Shown here: in pieces, positions 1 through 9,806 of the stretch
Numbering within the stretch: the stretch's first letter is position 1
Layout of the letters: every line of letters begins with the position of its first letter
Origin: a virus
Taxonomy: Duplodnaviria; Caudoviricetes
IMG/VR virus record: IMGVR_UViG_3300024229_000651
Strand: one strand, 5' to 3'
Length of the DNA stretch: 64,000 nt
The notes under the pieces: model-generated
The model's database searches: none
Seen by the model: the letters and a program-made list of their open reading frames with translations, nothing else
Told to the model about the DNA's origin: nothing
Program-made: the position numbers and the translations under genes

Positions 1-34
1 TTCGGCCTAAGTAACACATCACAGTAATCCAATT

Positions 35-403
35 TTACATCAGTTTCGATACGCATATATAAATTATCCCTATGTATGTTAATAAATGTAGTAGTTGATC
101 AACACCATGTGCTATCCAGTATTGCTGATCCATAGCAGTTAAATGCTTGTTCTTCCAAAAATTACTTTTAACGTAATCCACGTGATAATGTACAACACTG
201 TCCAAAGCGGCTAATGCAAGTGCTGCATACGGACTTATAAAAAATGCAAGGACTACAAATGTTAGTACTCCGTGCAACTTAGCATGTGCAAATCCTCCAA
301 AGGCTCCATAAGTACCTTTGTCTTTGATCATCCAGCTATATTGTAAAAAATAATCTGCACATGTGTGTTTAATGACAAACAGTGTTATTAGTAAAAGTTC
401 CAC
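35..403 (-). CDS. DUF3307-family membrane protein
   Basis: KHTCADYFLQ, HAKLHG, HYHVDY and DQLLH His/Asp pattern within hydrophobic helices; GTG start. Confidence 0.75.
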   Translation of the reverse strand: MELLLITLFVIKHTCADYFLQYSWMIKDKGTYGAFGGFAHAKLHGVLTFVVLAFFISPYAALALAALDSVVHYHVDYVKSNFWKNKHLTAMDQQYWIAHGVDQLLHLLTYIGIIYICVSKLM

Positions 404-404
404 A

Positions 405-542
405 TTACCACCACTGCCAGTTCCACGGAACTTTTTTCTTAATAGGACCTAGCCATCTTTCTTCTAGCGTACCTATAAAATATGGCCTAGGTATCAACCA
501 CCCTAAAATAATTCCTAAAATAATTAAAAATAATGTACTCAT
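405..542 (-). CDS. Small 45-aa membrane protein (not in ORF track)
   Basis: ATG at 542 with GGAG SD; MSTLFLIILGIILGWLIPRPYFIGTLEERWLGPIKKKVPWNWQWW; fills the gap between co-oriented genes. Confidence 0.65.
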   Translation of the reverse strand: MSTLFLIILGIILGWLIPRPYFIGTLEERWLGPIKKKVPWNWQWW

Positions 543-565
543 GTTTTGCTCCCTTTATTTCTGTA

Positions 566-901
566 CTACAGGTCATCTGCTTCTTTTACGAAAACTCCGT
601 CGACCATTCTTCCCTTCCTAAACCGAATGTCTTCATACGCTACGTGTAAACATTCAGTTAATGTTATGTTGTTTCTTTCAGCTATGTTGATTAATACTAC
701 TAGCATATCACCAATGTCGTCCTTGATGTCTTTTCCCTTACAAATGTTATCGCTTAATTCGCCAGCTTCTTGAATTAGCTTTGCAAATTGCGTTTTATCA
801 TCCGAACCAGTAATAAGATTTCTATCATAATGCCACTGCTTAACAAGTTCGGATAAAGTAATAAGATCAGAACTTTCTCTTTTGTACTCTGCTACATTCA
901 T
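566..901 (-). CDS. MazG-like nucleotide pyrophosphohydrolase
   Basis: KLIQEAGEL...DDIGDMLVVLI MazG/dUTPase acidic motif. Confidence 0.85.
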   Translation of the reverse strand: MNVAEYKRESSDLITLSELVKQWHYDRNLITGSDDKTQFAKLIQEAGELSDNICKGKDIKDDIGDMLVVLINIAERNNITLTECLHVAYEDIRFRKGRMVDGVFVKEADDL

Positions 902-1305
902 TACATATTACTCCAAATAAGTGTTTCGTTTTGATCGTTAATCCTTTCAGATAGACTGCTATCCTTTGCGTTTGTTTTAAACGTATCAGTCAAGTAATAC
1001 ATCCACGCTTTGCCTTCAGTTGTATGCACAACTTTTCTATCGTAGAAGTTAGGGAATCCTTCAATCTGATCAAGCATGTGAAATGTTTCTTCATCAACCT
1101 CCCACACTTCCCCTTGAATAAATTTTGTGCCTGATACTACTCCTGGAAAAGACCCTAGGTCTATCATATCGTAGTCAGGGTATTCTGTATTTGCTTTACC
1201 TAATAGCACTGACTGATCAGACATTTTGTCCAACCCTCTAAGTGGGCCGCCAGTCTTCAGTGTGCCGTATACAAAAACTTTATTCAGTTGTGCGAAGTCG
1301 TTCAT
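901..1305 (-). CDS. Gamma-glutamylcyclotransferase (AIG2-like) family protein
   Basis: VFVYGTLK, IQGEVWEV and LDQIEGFPNFY motifs. Confidence 0.85.
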   Translation of the reverse strand: MNDFAQLNKVFVYGTLKTGGPLRGLDKMSDQSVLLGKANTEYPDYDMIDLGSFPGVVSGTKFIQGEVWEVDEETFHMLDQIEGFPNFYDRKVVHTTEGKAWMYYLTDTFKTNAKDSSLSERINDQNETLIWSNM

Positions 1306-1532
1306 TGTTTACCCTGCTTTAGAACCTGCTCTTCAAGTTCTTTTATTCGTGTGTTAAGGCTAGTTATCAAGTAACTTGTTTCTTGATTAGTGACTATAGT
1401 GTCTAATGCAATTCTGTCTTTTTGCATAGTTTCCACTTCAATCTCCAAGTCCTTGATATTAGATTCTGCCCGCTTTAGCTCATCAATAAGCTCTGCTTTT
1501 GTCATTTGCGTTTTAGATTTTCTCTTAATCAT
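1302..1532 (-). CDS. Hypothetical coiled-coil protein
   Basis: 76 aa with heptad pattern, in operon, directly behind a sigma70 promoter. Confidence 0.6.
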   Translation of the reverse strand: MIKRKSKTQMTKAELIDELKRAESNIKDLEIEVETMQKDRIALDTIVTNQETSYLITSLNTRIKELEEQVLKQGKQ

Positions 1533-1538
1533 GCTTGT

Positions 1539-1567
1539 ATTATACAGTAATTGAACATATAGGTCAA
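1539..1567 (-). promoter_or_regulatory. Sigma70-type promoter TTGACC-17-TATAAT
   Basis: Minus strand aaaaaaggTTGACC-N17-TATAAT; -10 box ends 7 nt before the ATG at 1532. Confidence 0.75.
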
Positions 1568-1573
1568 CCTTTT

Positions 1574-2509
1574 TTAGTACTCTAAGGTGTCAGTTTCTTT
1601 TATTTTGGTGTACTCATCAAAGTAGTTATCCACCATGTTATCGTAGTGGAAAGTGATTCGATGGAGTACTCGTTTGGCTATGATTTCAGGATTCCATTCA
1701 ACTCGTTTATGCAAAGTTAAAACTTGGTCGCTGATCACTATATCGCCTGGATGCCACTTGTGACTGTAGCAATATTTTTCTTGGAAACAATGATCCATTA
1801 GTATCTGCTTTAAGTCAGGATCTGTTGGGAACACACAGTTATTATGGTAATGGAAGTACAGTCCTTTCTTACCATTAAACCCTGTGTGTACCAAAGGCAT
1901 TGTGTATGTATGATCTACCAAACCCATACCTTTCATCATATTAAGTTGCGGTGTAGGTACACCCTTTGCCCAATTTTCTGGTGCGTACTCATAATGACCT
2001 ATCACATTCTCACAACGTTGCTTAATATCATCAGGTAAGTCTGCATAAGCTCGGACAGTGTCCATAAATGCTGTATGGGTGTTATCACTATGCCACGCAC
2101 CTTGTAGGGCAACACCTCTTGCACGGTCCATATCACCGTTCATATTGCTGTGCCAATCCAGTTCTCCGTTACCAAAGATACCTGTTGCTAGACCTTTCTT
2201 ACTCTTCTCACCCGTGACACGTTGAATTAAATAATCGTCATCGTCACCTGTAAAGTCAAACGGCTCTGTAAATGTTCGACGACCTTTATTATCGCCGTTC
2301 TTGATCCAAAGCATTTGTTTGTGATTAGCAAAGCTCCCCATCTTTCTAACCAACTTAGCAAATGGCACTGAACGAAATTCTTGATTAGTAAATGTGATCA
2401 GCAGATTATCTAAATATATCTCATTTATATCCTGATAGTCCTGTTCGGATAATTGTGTGATGTCACAATCAATATTAACACCGACATTACTTAATTTAGT
2501 CACTAGCAT
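1574..2509 (-). CDS. TauD/TfdA-family 2OG-Fe(II) dioxygenase
   Basis: DWHSN, TAFMDTVRAY, HKWHPGDIVISDQVLTLHKR and RVLHR match the TauD fold; first motif is HxN rather than HxD. Confidence 0.8.
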   Translation of the reverse strand: MLVTKLSNVGVNIDCDITQLSEQDYQDINEIYLDNLLITFTNQEFRSVPFAKLVRKMGSFANHKQMLWIKNGDNKGRRTFTEPFDFTGDDDDYLIQRVTGEKSKKGLATGIFGNGELDWHSNMNGDMDRARGVALQGAWHSDNTHTAFMDTVRAYADLPDDIKQRCENVIGHYEYAPENWAKGVPTPQLNMMKGMGLVDHTYTMPLVHTGFNGKKGLYFHYHNNCVFPTDPDLKQILMDHCFQEKYCYSHKWHPGDIVISDQVLTLHKRVEWNPEIIAKRVLHRITFHYDNMVDNYFDEYTKIKETDTLEY

Positions 2510-2931
2510 TGCTCTACTATAACTCCACTTTTATTTAAAAATTCAATACCCAGTGTACAACGATATAGATTTTTGTAATATACCGTTGTAATACCACTTT
2601 GATATATTAGTTTTGCACAATCTATACACGGTGAGTGTGTAATAAAGATAGTCGCTCCTTCTCCACTTTCAGAAGAGCGAGCTAGTTTAGCAATTGCATT
2701 AGTTTCTGCGTGGAGGACTTCAGGCCTTGATTTCATTTCGTAGCCGCCATCCTCATACTGGTATTCATCTTCGCATCTATTATCCCATCCACTGGGCATA
2801 CCATTATATCCAATGCTTATAATACGATTATCCTTTACAATGATTGCACCTACTTGGGCACGTTTGGCACTGCTGAGTTGTGCAAATCTTTCTGCACAAT
2901 CCATGAATGCATGTTTAAATTTATCTTTCAT
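2503..2931 (-). CDS. dCMP deaminase
   Basis: HAETNAI and SPCIDCA zinc motifs, IGYNG; likely start MKDKFK at 2931. Confidence 0.9.
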   Translation of the reverse strand: MKDKFKHAFMDCAERFAQLSSAKRAQVGAIIVKDNRIISIGYNGMPSGWDNRCEDEYQYEDGGYEMKSRPEVLHAETNAIAKLARSSESGEGATIFITHSPCIDCAKLIYQSGITTVYYKNLYRCTLGIEFLNKSGVIVEQC

Positions 2932-4138
2932 ATTTGCACACACTCACTGCAGCACTGCGGCCGCCGAATCCAAAACTTGTTTTCATAAAGCGATTGTATG
3001 TTTTACTCACTACGTCTTTATTTAAATTAAAATATTCATCGTCGGTGAACGGCACTTCTAATCCAGCATTTGCAGGCACAAAGTTATCGCACATTGCCTC
3101 AGCACCCAACACTATTTCCGCAATACCAGATGCTCCCATTAAGTGTCCTATTTGACCCTTGTTGCTGTATAGATAGCTGCCTTTAGGGAAATAGTCTCTA
3201 AGTACATTGTACTCAACTGGATCACCGAACGGTGTGCTAGTTGCATGTGCGTTTAAAACGTCATATGCAGACGTTTCAACTTCTGCCTGGGACAATGCCC
3301 TATCAATTGCAATTCTAGCGCCTGTCCCCTCTAAATCTGGCTGTGTAGGGTGTGCACCATCGTTAGCAATACCTAAACCATCAACAACCCAGCGAATACT
3401 AGCACCCCGAGCTTCTGCTTTTTCTAAGGGTTCTACGACAAGATAAACTGTGCCTTCTCCCATAACAAATCCGTCTCTAGATTTATCCCACGGCACACTT
3501 CTTCCAGTAGGAGATATTGCACCTAACTGTTGAAAATAGAGTGTGCTCATGCTACTTGTCATGAAGTCAGTTCCACCAACTATTGCACAATCATATCCTT
3601 CTGTTTGCATGTACTTCTTTGCTAGATCTAGTGCCTGTACAGCACTGATACATGTTCCACTTGTTGCCATACTCGGGCCATGCCACTTATAATGACTGCT
3701 TATATGGTTACTCACATATTCATGGCTGCTAGATAACAGTATTTGTGGGTGTATTTTTGATTTGCCTTGTACAAGTAAGTTGCTAAACTTAGCTAGGTTA
3801 GGTGCGCCGCCGCGAATGGTTCCTATGAACACAGGAGTATTGTCAGGGAAGTCAAGTCCGCTCATCTTAACTGCTTGGTCAACTGCAATCATACTTGTGA
3901 TCACAGTAGGGTCTGTCCAGCGGATATCTTTTTTGCGCATTAAGCCTAGTGCTTCAGTGTCTACATCGTCGTAGTTACAGTGAAATGCTCTTTCTACTGT
4001 TAATGTCGCATCAGAAAAATGTCCTGAACGTCTATATTCTGTATTGGGTACACACAAATCTTTTAAATTTGTGATGTTTTCTTGAATATTGTTTCCTAAG
4101 GGAGAGACAATGCCTATGCCAGTAATTGCTAGTTTCAT
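2921..4138 (-). CDS. fabF: Beta-ketoacyl-ACP synthase (FabF/FabB-like)
   Basis: ITGIGIVSPLG, catalytic Cys in GTCISA, NAHATST, KGQIGHLMG, DGFVMGEG, SFGFGG. Confidence 0.88.
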   Translation of the reverse strand: MKLAITGIGIVSPLGNNIQENITNLKDLCVPNTEYRRSGHFSDATLTVERAFHCNYDDVDTEALGLMRKKDIRWTDPTVITSMIAVDQAVKMSGLDFPDNTPVFIGTIRGGAPNLAKFSNLLVQGKSKIHPQILLSSSHEYVSNHISSHYKWHGPSMATSGTCISAVQALDLAKKYMQTEGYDCAIVGGTDFMTSSMSTLYFQQLGAISPTGRSVPWDKSRDGFVMGEGTVYLVVEPLEKAEARGASIRWVVDGLGIANDGAHPTQPDLEGTGARIAIDRALSQAEVETSAYDVLNAHATSTPFGDPVEYNVLRDYFPKGSYLYSNKGQIGHLMGASGIAEIVLGAEAMCDNFVPANAGLEVPFTDDEYFNLNKDVVSKTYNRFMKTSFGFGGRSAAVSVCKYER

Positions 4139-4213
4139 TAAGGATCGTGCCTATGTGTAAGTTGTGTAATTACTTAGTTTTTAAATTTTGGAATCGAGGT
4201 TTTTTTGATATAA

Positions 4214-4243
4214 AAAAAGTAGCGACATATGTCGCTACTTTTT
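4214..4243. terminator. Perfect inverted repeat, intrinsic terminator
   Basis: AAAAAGTAGCGAC-ATAT-GTCGCTACTTTTT downstream of the 4271 gene. Confidence 0.85.
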
Positions 4244-4270
4244 AAATAGGATTATCTACAAAGTGTTTGT

Positions 4271-5104
4271 TTAAAGTTTCTTAAGAACACATAATTGCCA
4301 ATAGCCTGAGCCGTCAGCTTCTGTGTTACAAAGATAGTCTACTTCGAAATTAGAGCCTGTAAGTTGTAATGCTTGTGCAACATCCCAATATGCTTCGTTA
4401 ACAACAGGTATGCCAAAGAATGGTACAATTAACAACCCATTTGTTGGTAATCGCTTAAATGCTCTAACAAGTGCAAGTCTAACACCATTTGCTTCTGCAA
4501 CTGGAAAGCCGTTGGACACTAGCCATGTACATACGATTTCTACCTCGGGAGAATAGCTTCCATCAGCTTCAATTGCTTCGCCTGAGGCGTTTACAATATG
4601 CGAGTTTGGAACAACTAGTGCATCTTCTGCTATCAAGTCATTTACACCAATTGGCTGTGGGGCTACTGTTAAATCAATTTCCCTAACAACTGAATTACCA
4701 TTGTGGATATCTAGTTGTCTAAATAGCGAAGCATTTCCTGCTTCATCAAACTCAACTTCGGTTGAACCGGAAGTATCGTTTTTGTAAACATTTGCTGCAC
4801 TGCCTACATTATCAAAAAAGTCACTAGTTGTTAAAAATGTATCTGTAAATTGGTCTGTGGTCGCAATTTTCCAATTGGCTGCGTTGGCACAGTTATCGTT
4901 AATGAACTTAGCAGTTTTTCCTGTAGCTGCGTTCTGCTCACTGATGTTAATAGTGATGGCAGTCTCAGTTACTTGATCAAGTATAGCTTTGATAGCTGCC
5001 CCTGTCGGCTCGTTTAATGTGCCGTCCATTAGATCATCCCAGACTAGAGAATCTGTATCGATGGCATTTATGTCTGCCTCTGACGGAATTGTAATACTTT
5101 GCAT
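4271..5104 (-). CDS. Acidic hypothetical protein, possible degenerate class I methyltransferase fold
   Basis: Own TAAATA box and terminator; LALVRAFKRLPTNGLLIV resembles the post-motif region of Methyltransf_24 proteins; no glycine-rich SAM motif. Confidence 0.55.
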   Translation of the reverse strand: MQSITIPSEADINAIDTDSLVWDDLMDGTLNEPTGAAIKAILDQVTETAITINISEQNAATGKTAKFINDNCANAANWKIATTDQFTDTFLTTSDFFDNVGSAANVYKNDTSGSTEVEFDEAGNASLFRQLDIHNGNSVVREIDLTVAPQPIGVNDLIAEDALVVPNSHIVNASGEAIEADGSYSPEVEIVCTWLVSNGFPVAEANGVRLALVRAFKRLPTNGLLIVPFFGIPVVNEAYWDVAQALQLTGSNFEVDYLCNTEADGSGYWQLCVLKKL

Positions 5105-5152
5105 TGATAATCTCCTAAAAATTACTACTGTTATTTATCAGAAAACGCTATT

Positions 5153-6061
5153 CTACTGCGTAACTTCGATTTCTTTTACTGTCGGATATAACGTGGTCAA
5201 TTCCAGTACATCATCCATTGTGTATGCTTTATTTATGTGTCCTAGACGCAAACGTCCTAATCTATATTCAGGTGCTTTGTAGTCTATATAATCGCCTAAA
5301 CCTTGCGACTCGCACCACGTATGGTACTCTTCGATTTTTTCTTTGTCGCTTTTTTCTGTGGGAAAATTTGCAGGATCGTGCTGAAAGTTCGTTGCAACAC
5401 CTGCTGTCATAACCAGTTGTTGCCTGTGTTCCCCACGCTTTATTAGGTCAGCATCGTCTGTCCAAAAACATGCACCGACATCTTTACCAATAGTATCGTA
5501 ATCCATTTCTAAACATCCCCACTGAGAATGGGGCATCCTCAGCATATGGTCGTCATCAGTTAAGTTTAGGTCTGGCAACATCCATTCTGCATAACCGTAT
5601 TGTTTTGCTACAGCAAAGACTTGATTAATTTCTACTGGTGCTGCTTCCATAAAGTGTACAAGTATATTAACACGCTCTAACAAATCTTGTGTTTCATTAA
5701 TACCCGTACCCCATTTTTCAGAATACAACTGAAAAATTTCATGTAGCCTGTTCAATTTATTAACTTGTAAATGAGGTGCAACTGTTAAATCTAACAATAA
5801 ATTATCAGGTATTTGGCAGTACTCATCAAGCTCGTTTATCTGAGATATAACATTATTCATTTCCGTAGCGTAACCCAGCGTTGTGTCTGCGCCTTGACTT
5901 CGTCTAATGTCTATCCGACTAGCTATATCTGATGTAGGCTTAGTTTGAGTTAAAAGTATACAAAGTTTTTCTATTACATCAGCTTGGTATAGCTCGTATG
6001 AGATATGCTCTGTTTTAGTTTTTAAATCGTTTTCAAATACCAAATTAATCGTTGACATCAA
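5153..6061 (-). CDS. Hypothetical phage protein
   Basis: 302-aa ORF coupled to the peroxiredoxin gene; no function recognised. Confidence 0.65.
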   Translation of the reverse strand: MMSTINLVFENDLKTKTEHISYELYQADVIEKLCILLTQTKPTSDIASRIDIRRSQGADTTLGYATEMNNVISQINELDEYCQIPDNLLLDLTVAPHLQVNKLNRLHEIFQLYSEKWGTGINETQDLLERVNILVHFMEAAPVEINQVFAVAKQYGYAEWMLPDLNLTDDDHMLRMPHSQWGCLEMDYDTIGKDVGACFWTDDADLIKRGEHRQQLVMTAGVATNFQHDPANFPTEKSDKEKIEEYHTWCESQGLGDYIDYKAPEYRLGRLRLGHINKAYTMDDVLELTTLYPTVKEIEVTQ

Positions 6062-6686
6062 TATCCTCTTTGGTGTCCTCTACAGCAACATCGTCTTGTT
6101 CCATTTCCATCTCTGCCGCTTTTGCTTCATCTTCGATACGCTGTAATGCTTCTCTACGAGGTTCGCGGATATCTTCTAAATAATTCATCACTGTTTTAGC
6201 ATCACTAATAGTAAAAGGGTCTTCTGCAAGATTATCCATTTTGTTGGGCTCTGACCAAATGGCCTCTACACGACCTCTATCAACAACCATAGCATATCGA
6301 TGGCTCCTGATGCCAAACCCAAGGTTATCTTTTTTAACAGACATTCCCATAGCTCTTGTAAAGTCTCCCGATCCGTCTGGCAATGCCTTAACGTTAGTTA
6401 TTTCTTGTGCACTAAACCATGCGTTCATTACAAAACTATCATTAACACTTAAACAAAAAACCTCATCGATATCCTGCTCCATAATTCTACTGTAATTAAT
6501 TTCAAAGCCAGGCAAGTGTGTACTTGAGCACGTTGGCGTAAAAGCGCCTGGTAGTGCAAACACCACTACTCTTTTATCATGAAAAATTTCAAATGATGTT
6601 CTGTTTATCCATTCGAAGTCAGCAGTTTTATCACTGCGTTCTCTCATAACAAATGTCATGTCTGGTACATATAATTCTACTGCCAT
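6045..6686 (-). CDS. Peroxiredoxin (Prx5/PrxV type) with acidic tail
   Basis: FALPGAFTPTCSSTHLPG, CLSVNDSFVMNAW and RSHRYAMVV. Confidence 0.92.
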   Translation of the reverse strand: MAVELYVPDMTFVMRERSDKTADFEWINRTSFEIFHDKRVVVFALPGAFTPTCSSTHLPGFEINYSRIMEQDIDEVFCLSVNDSFVMNAWFSAQEITNVKALPDGSGDFTRAMGMSVKKDNLGFGIRSHRYAMVVDRGRVEAIWSEPNKMDNLAEDPFTISDAKTVMNYLEDIREPRREALQRIEDEAKAAEMEMEQDDVAVEDTKEDIDVND

Positions 6687-6700
6687 AATTTTATCTCCTG

Positions 6701-8281
6701 TTACTGTGTGTTATAATTATCGTCGATTCTAGAAAAGCTCTTAAAAATCTCGTAGATATCACCTTTTATTGTTGCGTTAGGATCGTCTATCAAATCATCT
6801 ATTGTGTGTACTAACCAAGCATTAAGATTTATATAATAGTTATTACCCCAGTTAGTTAGCATTGATGCCATTCGTTCTTGATTTTCAAGAATTTTTGGTT
6901 TTGCGGCGAGTCTACACTGATGTAATTGCTCGGGTGTCTTTTGCTGAAGTTTGTGTACTTCTCTAGCAATTGCTTCTGCACGGTGTTGGCTGCTAACAAT
7001 ATCATCGTAGGACTCGTCGATGCCGAACTCCTCAGCTAGAGTATGGAACCCCAAACGTTTAAACCGTTGCACAAATCCTTGCCAAGAGAAAATAATAGTT
7101 GCTAAACCTAAGTAAAGAGGTTTTAAACTTTTTTCTGTAATGAATAAGTTAGCTTTTTCTGCAGGCTCAGAGTATAGCGCATTAGATTCGCATGTTAACC
7201 AAACATAAGTAGTGTCTTGGAACGGTATGTACTGCGACTCTACACCACCAATGAAATCATGATCGTCTTCTAGAGATTTGCCTGCTCTCATTTTTTCTCT
7301 AAAATCTGCAGCTAGTTCGTCGGAAATTTTGCCGCCCTCTCTGTCAACCCAAGCCTGACAGCCTTCACGAATCATCTCGTTTTCTAAATATTGCCCAGTC
7401 ATCCAAAAATTAGGATTGTGGTTGCTTGGCGCTGTCCCTACATTAAAGTATTGTAATGGTGGATAAAGACTAGTAACGGTTTGATATTGCCAGTAGTCGT
7501 TTTTATAAAGTTCCCAAGCAAGTAATGTTCTAGCTACATCTGGTCTTCTATTCAAAAAGGTTATTGTGCCTGGACGAATTGTATCCCAATCGTTAGTATC
7601 TATAAATTTAAGATATCCGGAACTGCCGGGATCACCCTCATGGAAGTTCATAAACGAATCTGTAGCCATATGGCCAATCATATCCCATGCTGGTATATAA
7701 TGTATAGGCTCTTCACCTAACTCTTCTGTAATACTATTACAGTAATTTTGACCATTTAAATTATGTCCTGTGATGAAGAACTTATTCCTAGGCACTTCGT
7801 ATATCTGTAATATATGACAAATTTGTATTATAATATCTCTAAGTTCTGGGGACTCGTCAAAAAAGTCGAGGACTAGAGCCGGCTGGCCCATTTCGTCCCA
7901 ATGGTCATAAAATTCCAGAAGAAAATCGACTTGTACTTCTCGGAGTTTCCAATTTGTTGTGTATGCCCCTCTGTCGTCAAAATCACCGAATCCACTTGTT
8001 GGTAGAAAAAATCCCACTTTAGCTACATGATTTCTGAAGCCAGTCTGTCCAATTCTTTTACTGAAAGGCATGTTAGCAAAAAACCCGATTAGCGGATGTC
8101 CTTCAATATCCCCCATGTGTGGACCTTTAGTGTCTAAATGGTATGTGTCATAGCCACCGTATATATTACGATGAGACATTACTTGGATAAAATCCAATAG
8201 GGTAGTTTGAACACTGTCATCGTTAATTGTAAAAGAATTTATAACTGGTAGTGCCTTAATGGATATAAGTCGTTTTGCCAT
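6701..8281 (-). CDS. Hypothetical protein with GT10/GT-B-like C-terminal domain
   Basis: WLTCES...FITEKSLKPLYLG resembles the FENS...YVTEK motif of GT10; paralog of 28134..29366. Confidence 0.5.
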   Translation of the reverse strand: MAKRLISIKALPVINSFTINDDSVQTTLLDFIQVMSHRNIYGGYDTYHLDTKGPHMGDIEGHPLIGFFANMPFSKRIGQTGFRNHVAKVGFFLPTSGFGDFDDRGAYTTNWKLREVQVDFLLEFYDHWDEMGQPALVLDFFDESPELRDIIIQICHILQIYEVPRNKFFITGHNLNGQNYCNSITEELGEEPIHYIPAWDMIGHMATDSFMNFHEGDPGSSGYLKFIDTNDWDTIRPGTITFLNRRPDVARTLLAWELYKNDYWQYQTVTSLYPPLQYFNVGTAPSNHNPNFWMTGQYLENEMIREGCQAWVDREGGKISDELAADFREKMRAGKSLEDDHDFIGGVESQYIPFQDTTYVWLTCESNALYSEPAEKANLFITEKSLKPLYLGLATIIFSWQGFVQRFKRLGFHTLAEEFGIDESYDDIVSSQHRAEAIAREVHKLQQKTPEQLHQCRLAAKPKILENQERMASMLTNWGNNYYINLNAWLVHTIDDLIDDPNATIKGDIYEIFKSFSRIDDNYNTQ

Positions 8282-8283
8282 TG

Positions 8284-8616
8284 TTATAATATTCCCAATT
8301 GATATTTTGCTTCGTCTGTTATTTTATCTGGGTTCCAAGGAGGATCAAATGTTAAAATAACCTTGACGGTATTTATGTTTGACACAGCTCGTGTTGCAAA
8401 CTCTACTTCCATAGGAAGTATCTCAGCAGCCGGACAATTAGGCGATGTTAATGTCATCGTTACACGGGCGTTTGTATCAGCATCTACAGTTACATCATAG
8501 ATTAATCCTAGGTCATAAACATTTAAATTAATTTCAGGATCAAATACTTTTTTTAAATTTGCTACAATTAAATCTTCTAATTGACTTAAGAGTTGAGTTT
8601 CTTGAATATCTTCCAT
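8284..8616 (-). CDS. sufT: SufT / DUF59 Fe-S assembly protein
   Basis: VFDPEINLNVYDLGLIY and MTLTSPNCP; likely start MEDIQ at 8616 (track gives 8640). Confidence 0.9.
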   Translation of the reverse strand: MEDIQETQLLSQLEDLIVANLKKVFDPEINLNVYDLGLIYDVTVDADTNARVTMTLTSPNCPAAEILPMEVEFATRAVSNINTVKVILTFDPPWNPDKITDEAKYQLGIL

Positions 8617-9806
8617 AGACCTTCTACTAGTTGTACGCAATCATTCTCATCATTATAAGGTGCTAGGCTTACTCTGAGCACACCTGATTCCGTTGGGTTA
8701 TATCTGCAACTTGCAGGGTATGCACACAAGTGTCCGGATCGAACACACACATCTTCCATACCAAGTAATGTTGCCACATCACCTGCATCATGATCCTTCA
8801 AAACAAAACTATACACACTTCTGAACGTCTTAGGTCCTATCAGTTTCATATCATCGATAGCAAACAGTCCCTTTTCTTTCAGCATGTTGTAGAATTCTTT
8901 TTCACACTCTGCTATAGTTTTGTAAGTAGTGTCTTGTATCCATTGAGCAGCAGCACCTATACTGTGTACTCCTGCAATATTTGGTGTTCCAGCTTCAATA
9001 CGGCTAGGGTCACTGTTCAAGTCGTATTTGTCGAAATTTAGCCACTGTACTGTGCCGCCGCCAACACTCAATTCGACATCGTGGAATCCTCCACGTTTAA
9101 AAATTACACCTATTCCAGTACTAGCAAACATCTTGTGTCCGCTGAATACTAACCAATCCATATTTGACGACTGCACATCAATAGGCTTGTGGCCGATTGT
9201 TTGACATGCATCTAGCATTACTTCACAGCCTTGCTCTTTTGCAATTTGTACCATGTCTCGCCATTTTAACTCAAGGCCCGTTAGGTTACTTTGTGTTGTT
9301 ATTGATACAAACGTTCCTGGCTTAGCATATTCCAATGCTGTGTAAAAGTCTTCCAAACTGACGTCACCGTGATCGCTTGCTTGAACAACGATTAGATCTC
9401 CTTGATCTTGTCCTCTGCCGGCTTTAATCCATGGCATAATATTACTATGGTGTTCAAGCTCAGTAATTATTACTTTCCTGTCCCTATCGATACTTTCTGC
9501 TATTCGATTAAGACCATCTGTAGTACCAGATGTAAATGCAATCTCATAAGGTTTTGCATTAATTAGTTTTGCAACTTGTTCTCTAGCTTGCTCATATAAA
9601 TTGGATGCTGTCATCGCTGAAGCATATTCGCCTCTGTGAATATTGCTTCTATAATTATAATGATAATCACTGACTGCTTTGATCGCAGTGTCCACAGTTT
9701 GTGATGTGGCTGCATTATCCAAGTAATGGATTTTTGCATAATTCAAACTGGGAAACTGGGATCTAATATTGGCAATTTGTTTTGCCTTTTCGTAAACTCT
9801 TAACAT
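8586..9806 (-). CDS. sufS: Cysteine desulfurase, group II
   Basis: YLDNAATSQ, EHHSN, FSGHK (PLP Lys), EAGTPN, RSGHLCA (catalytic Cys). Confidence 0.93.
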   Translation of the reverse strand: MLRVYEKAKQIANIRSQFPSLNYAKIHYLDNAATSQTVDTAIKAVSDYHYNYRSNIHRGEYASAMTASNLYEQAREQVAKLINAKPYEIAFTSGTTDGLNRIAESIDRDRKVIITELEHHSNIMPWIKAGRGQDQGDLIVVQASDHGDVSLEDFYTALEYAKPGTFVSITTQSNLTGLELKWRDMVQIAKEQGCEVMLDACQTIGHKPIDVQSSNMDWLVFSGHKMFASTGIGVIFKRGGFHDVELSVGGGTVQWLNFDKYDLNSDPSRIEAGTPNIAGVHSIGAAAQWIQDTTYKTIAECEKEFYNMLKEKGLFAIDDMKLIGPKTFRSVYSFVLKDHDAGDVATLLGMEDVCVRSGHLCAYPASCRYNPTESGVLRVSLAPYNDENDCVQLVEGLWKIFKKLNS

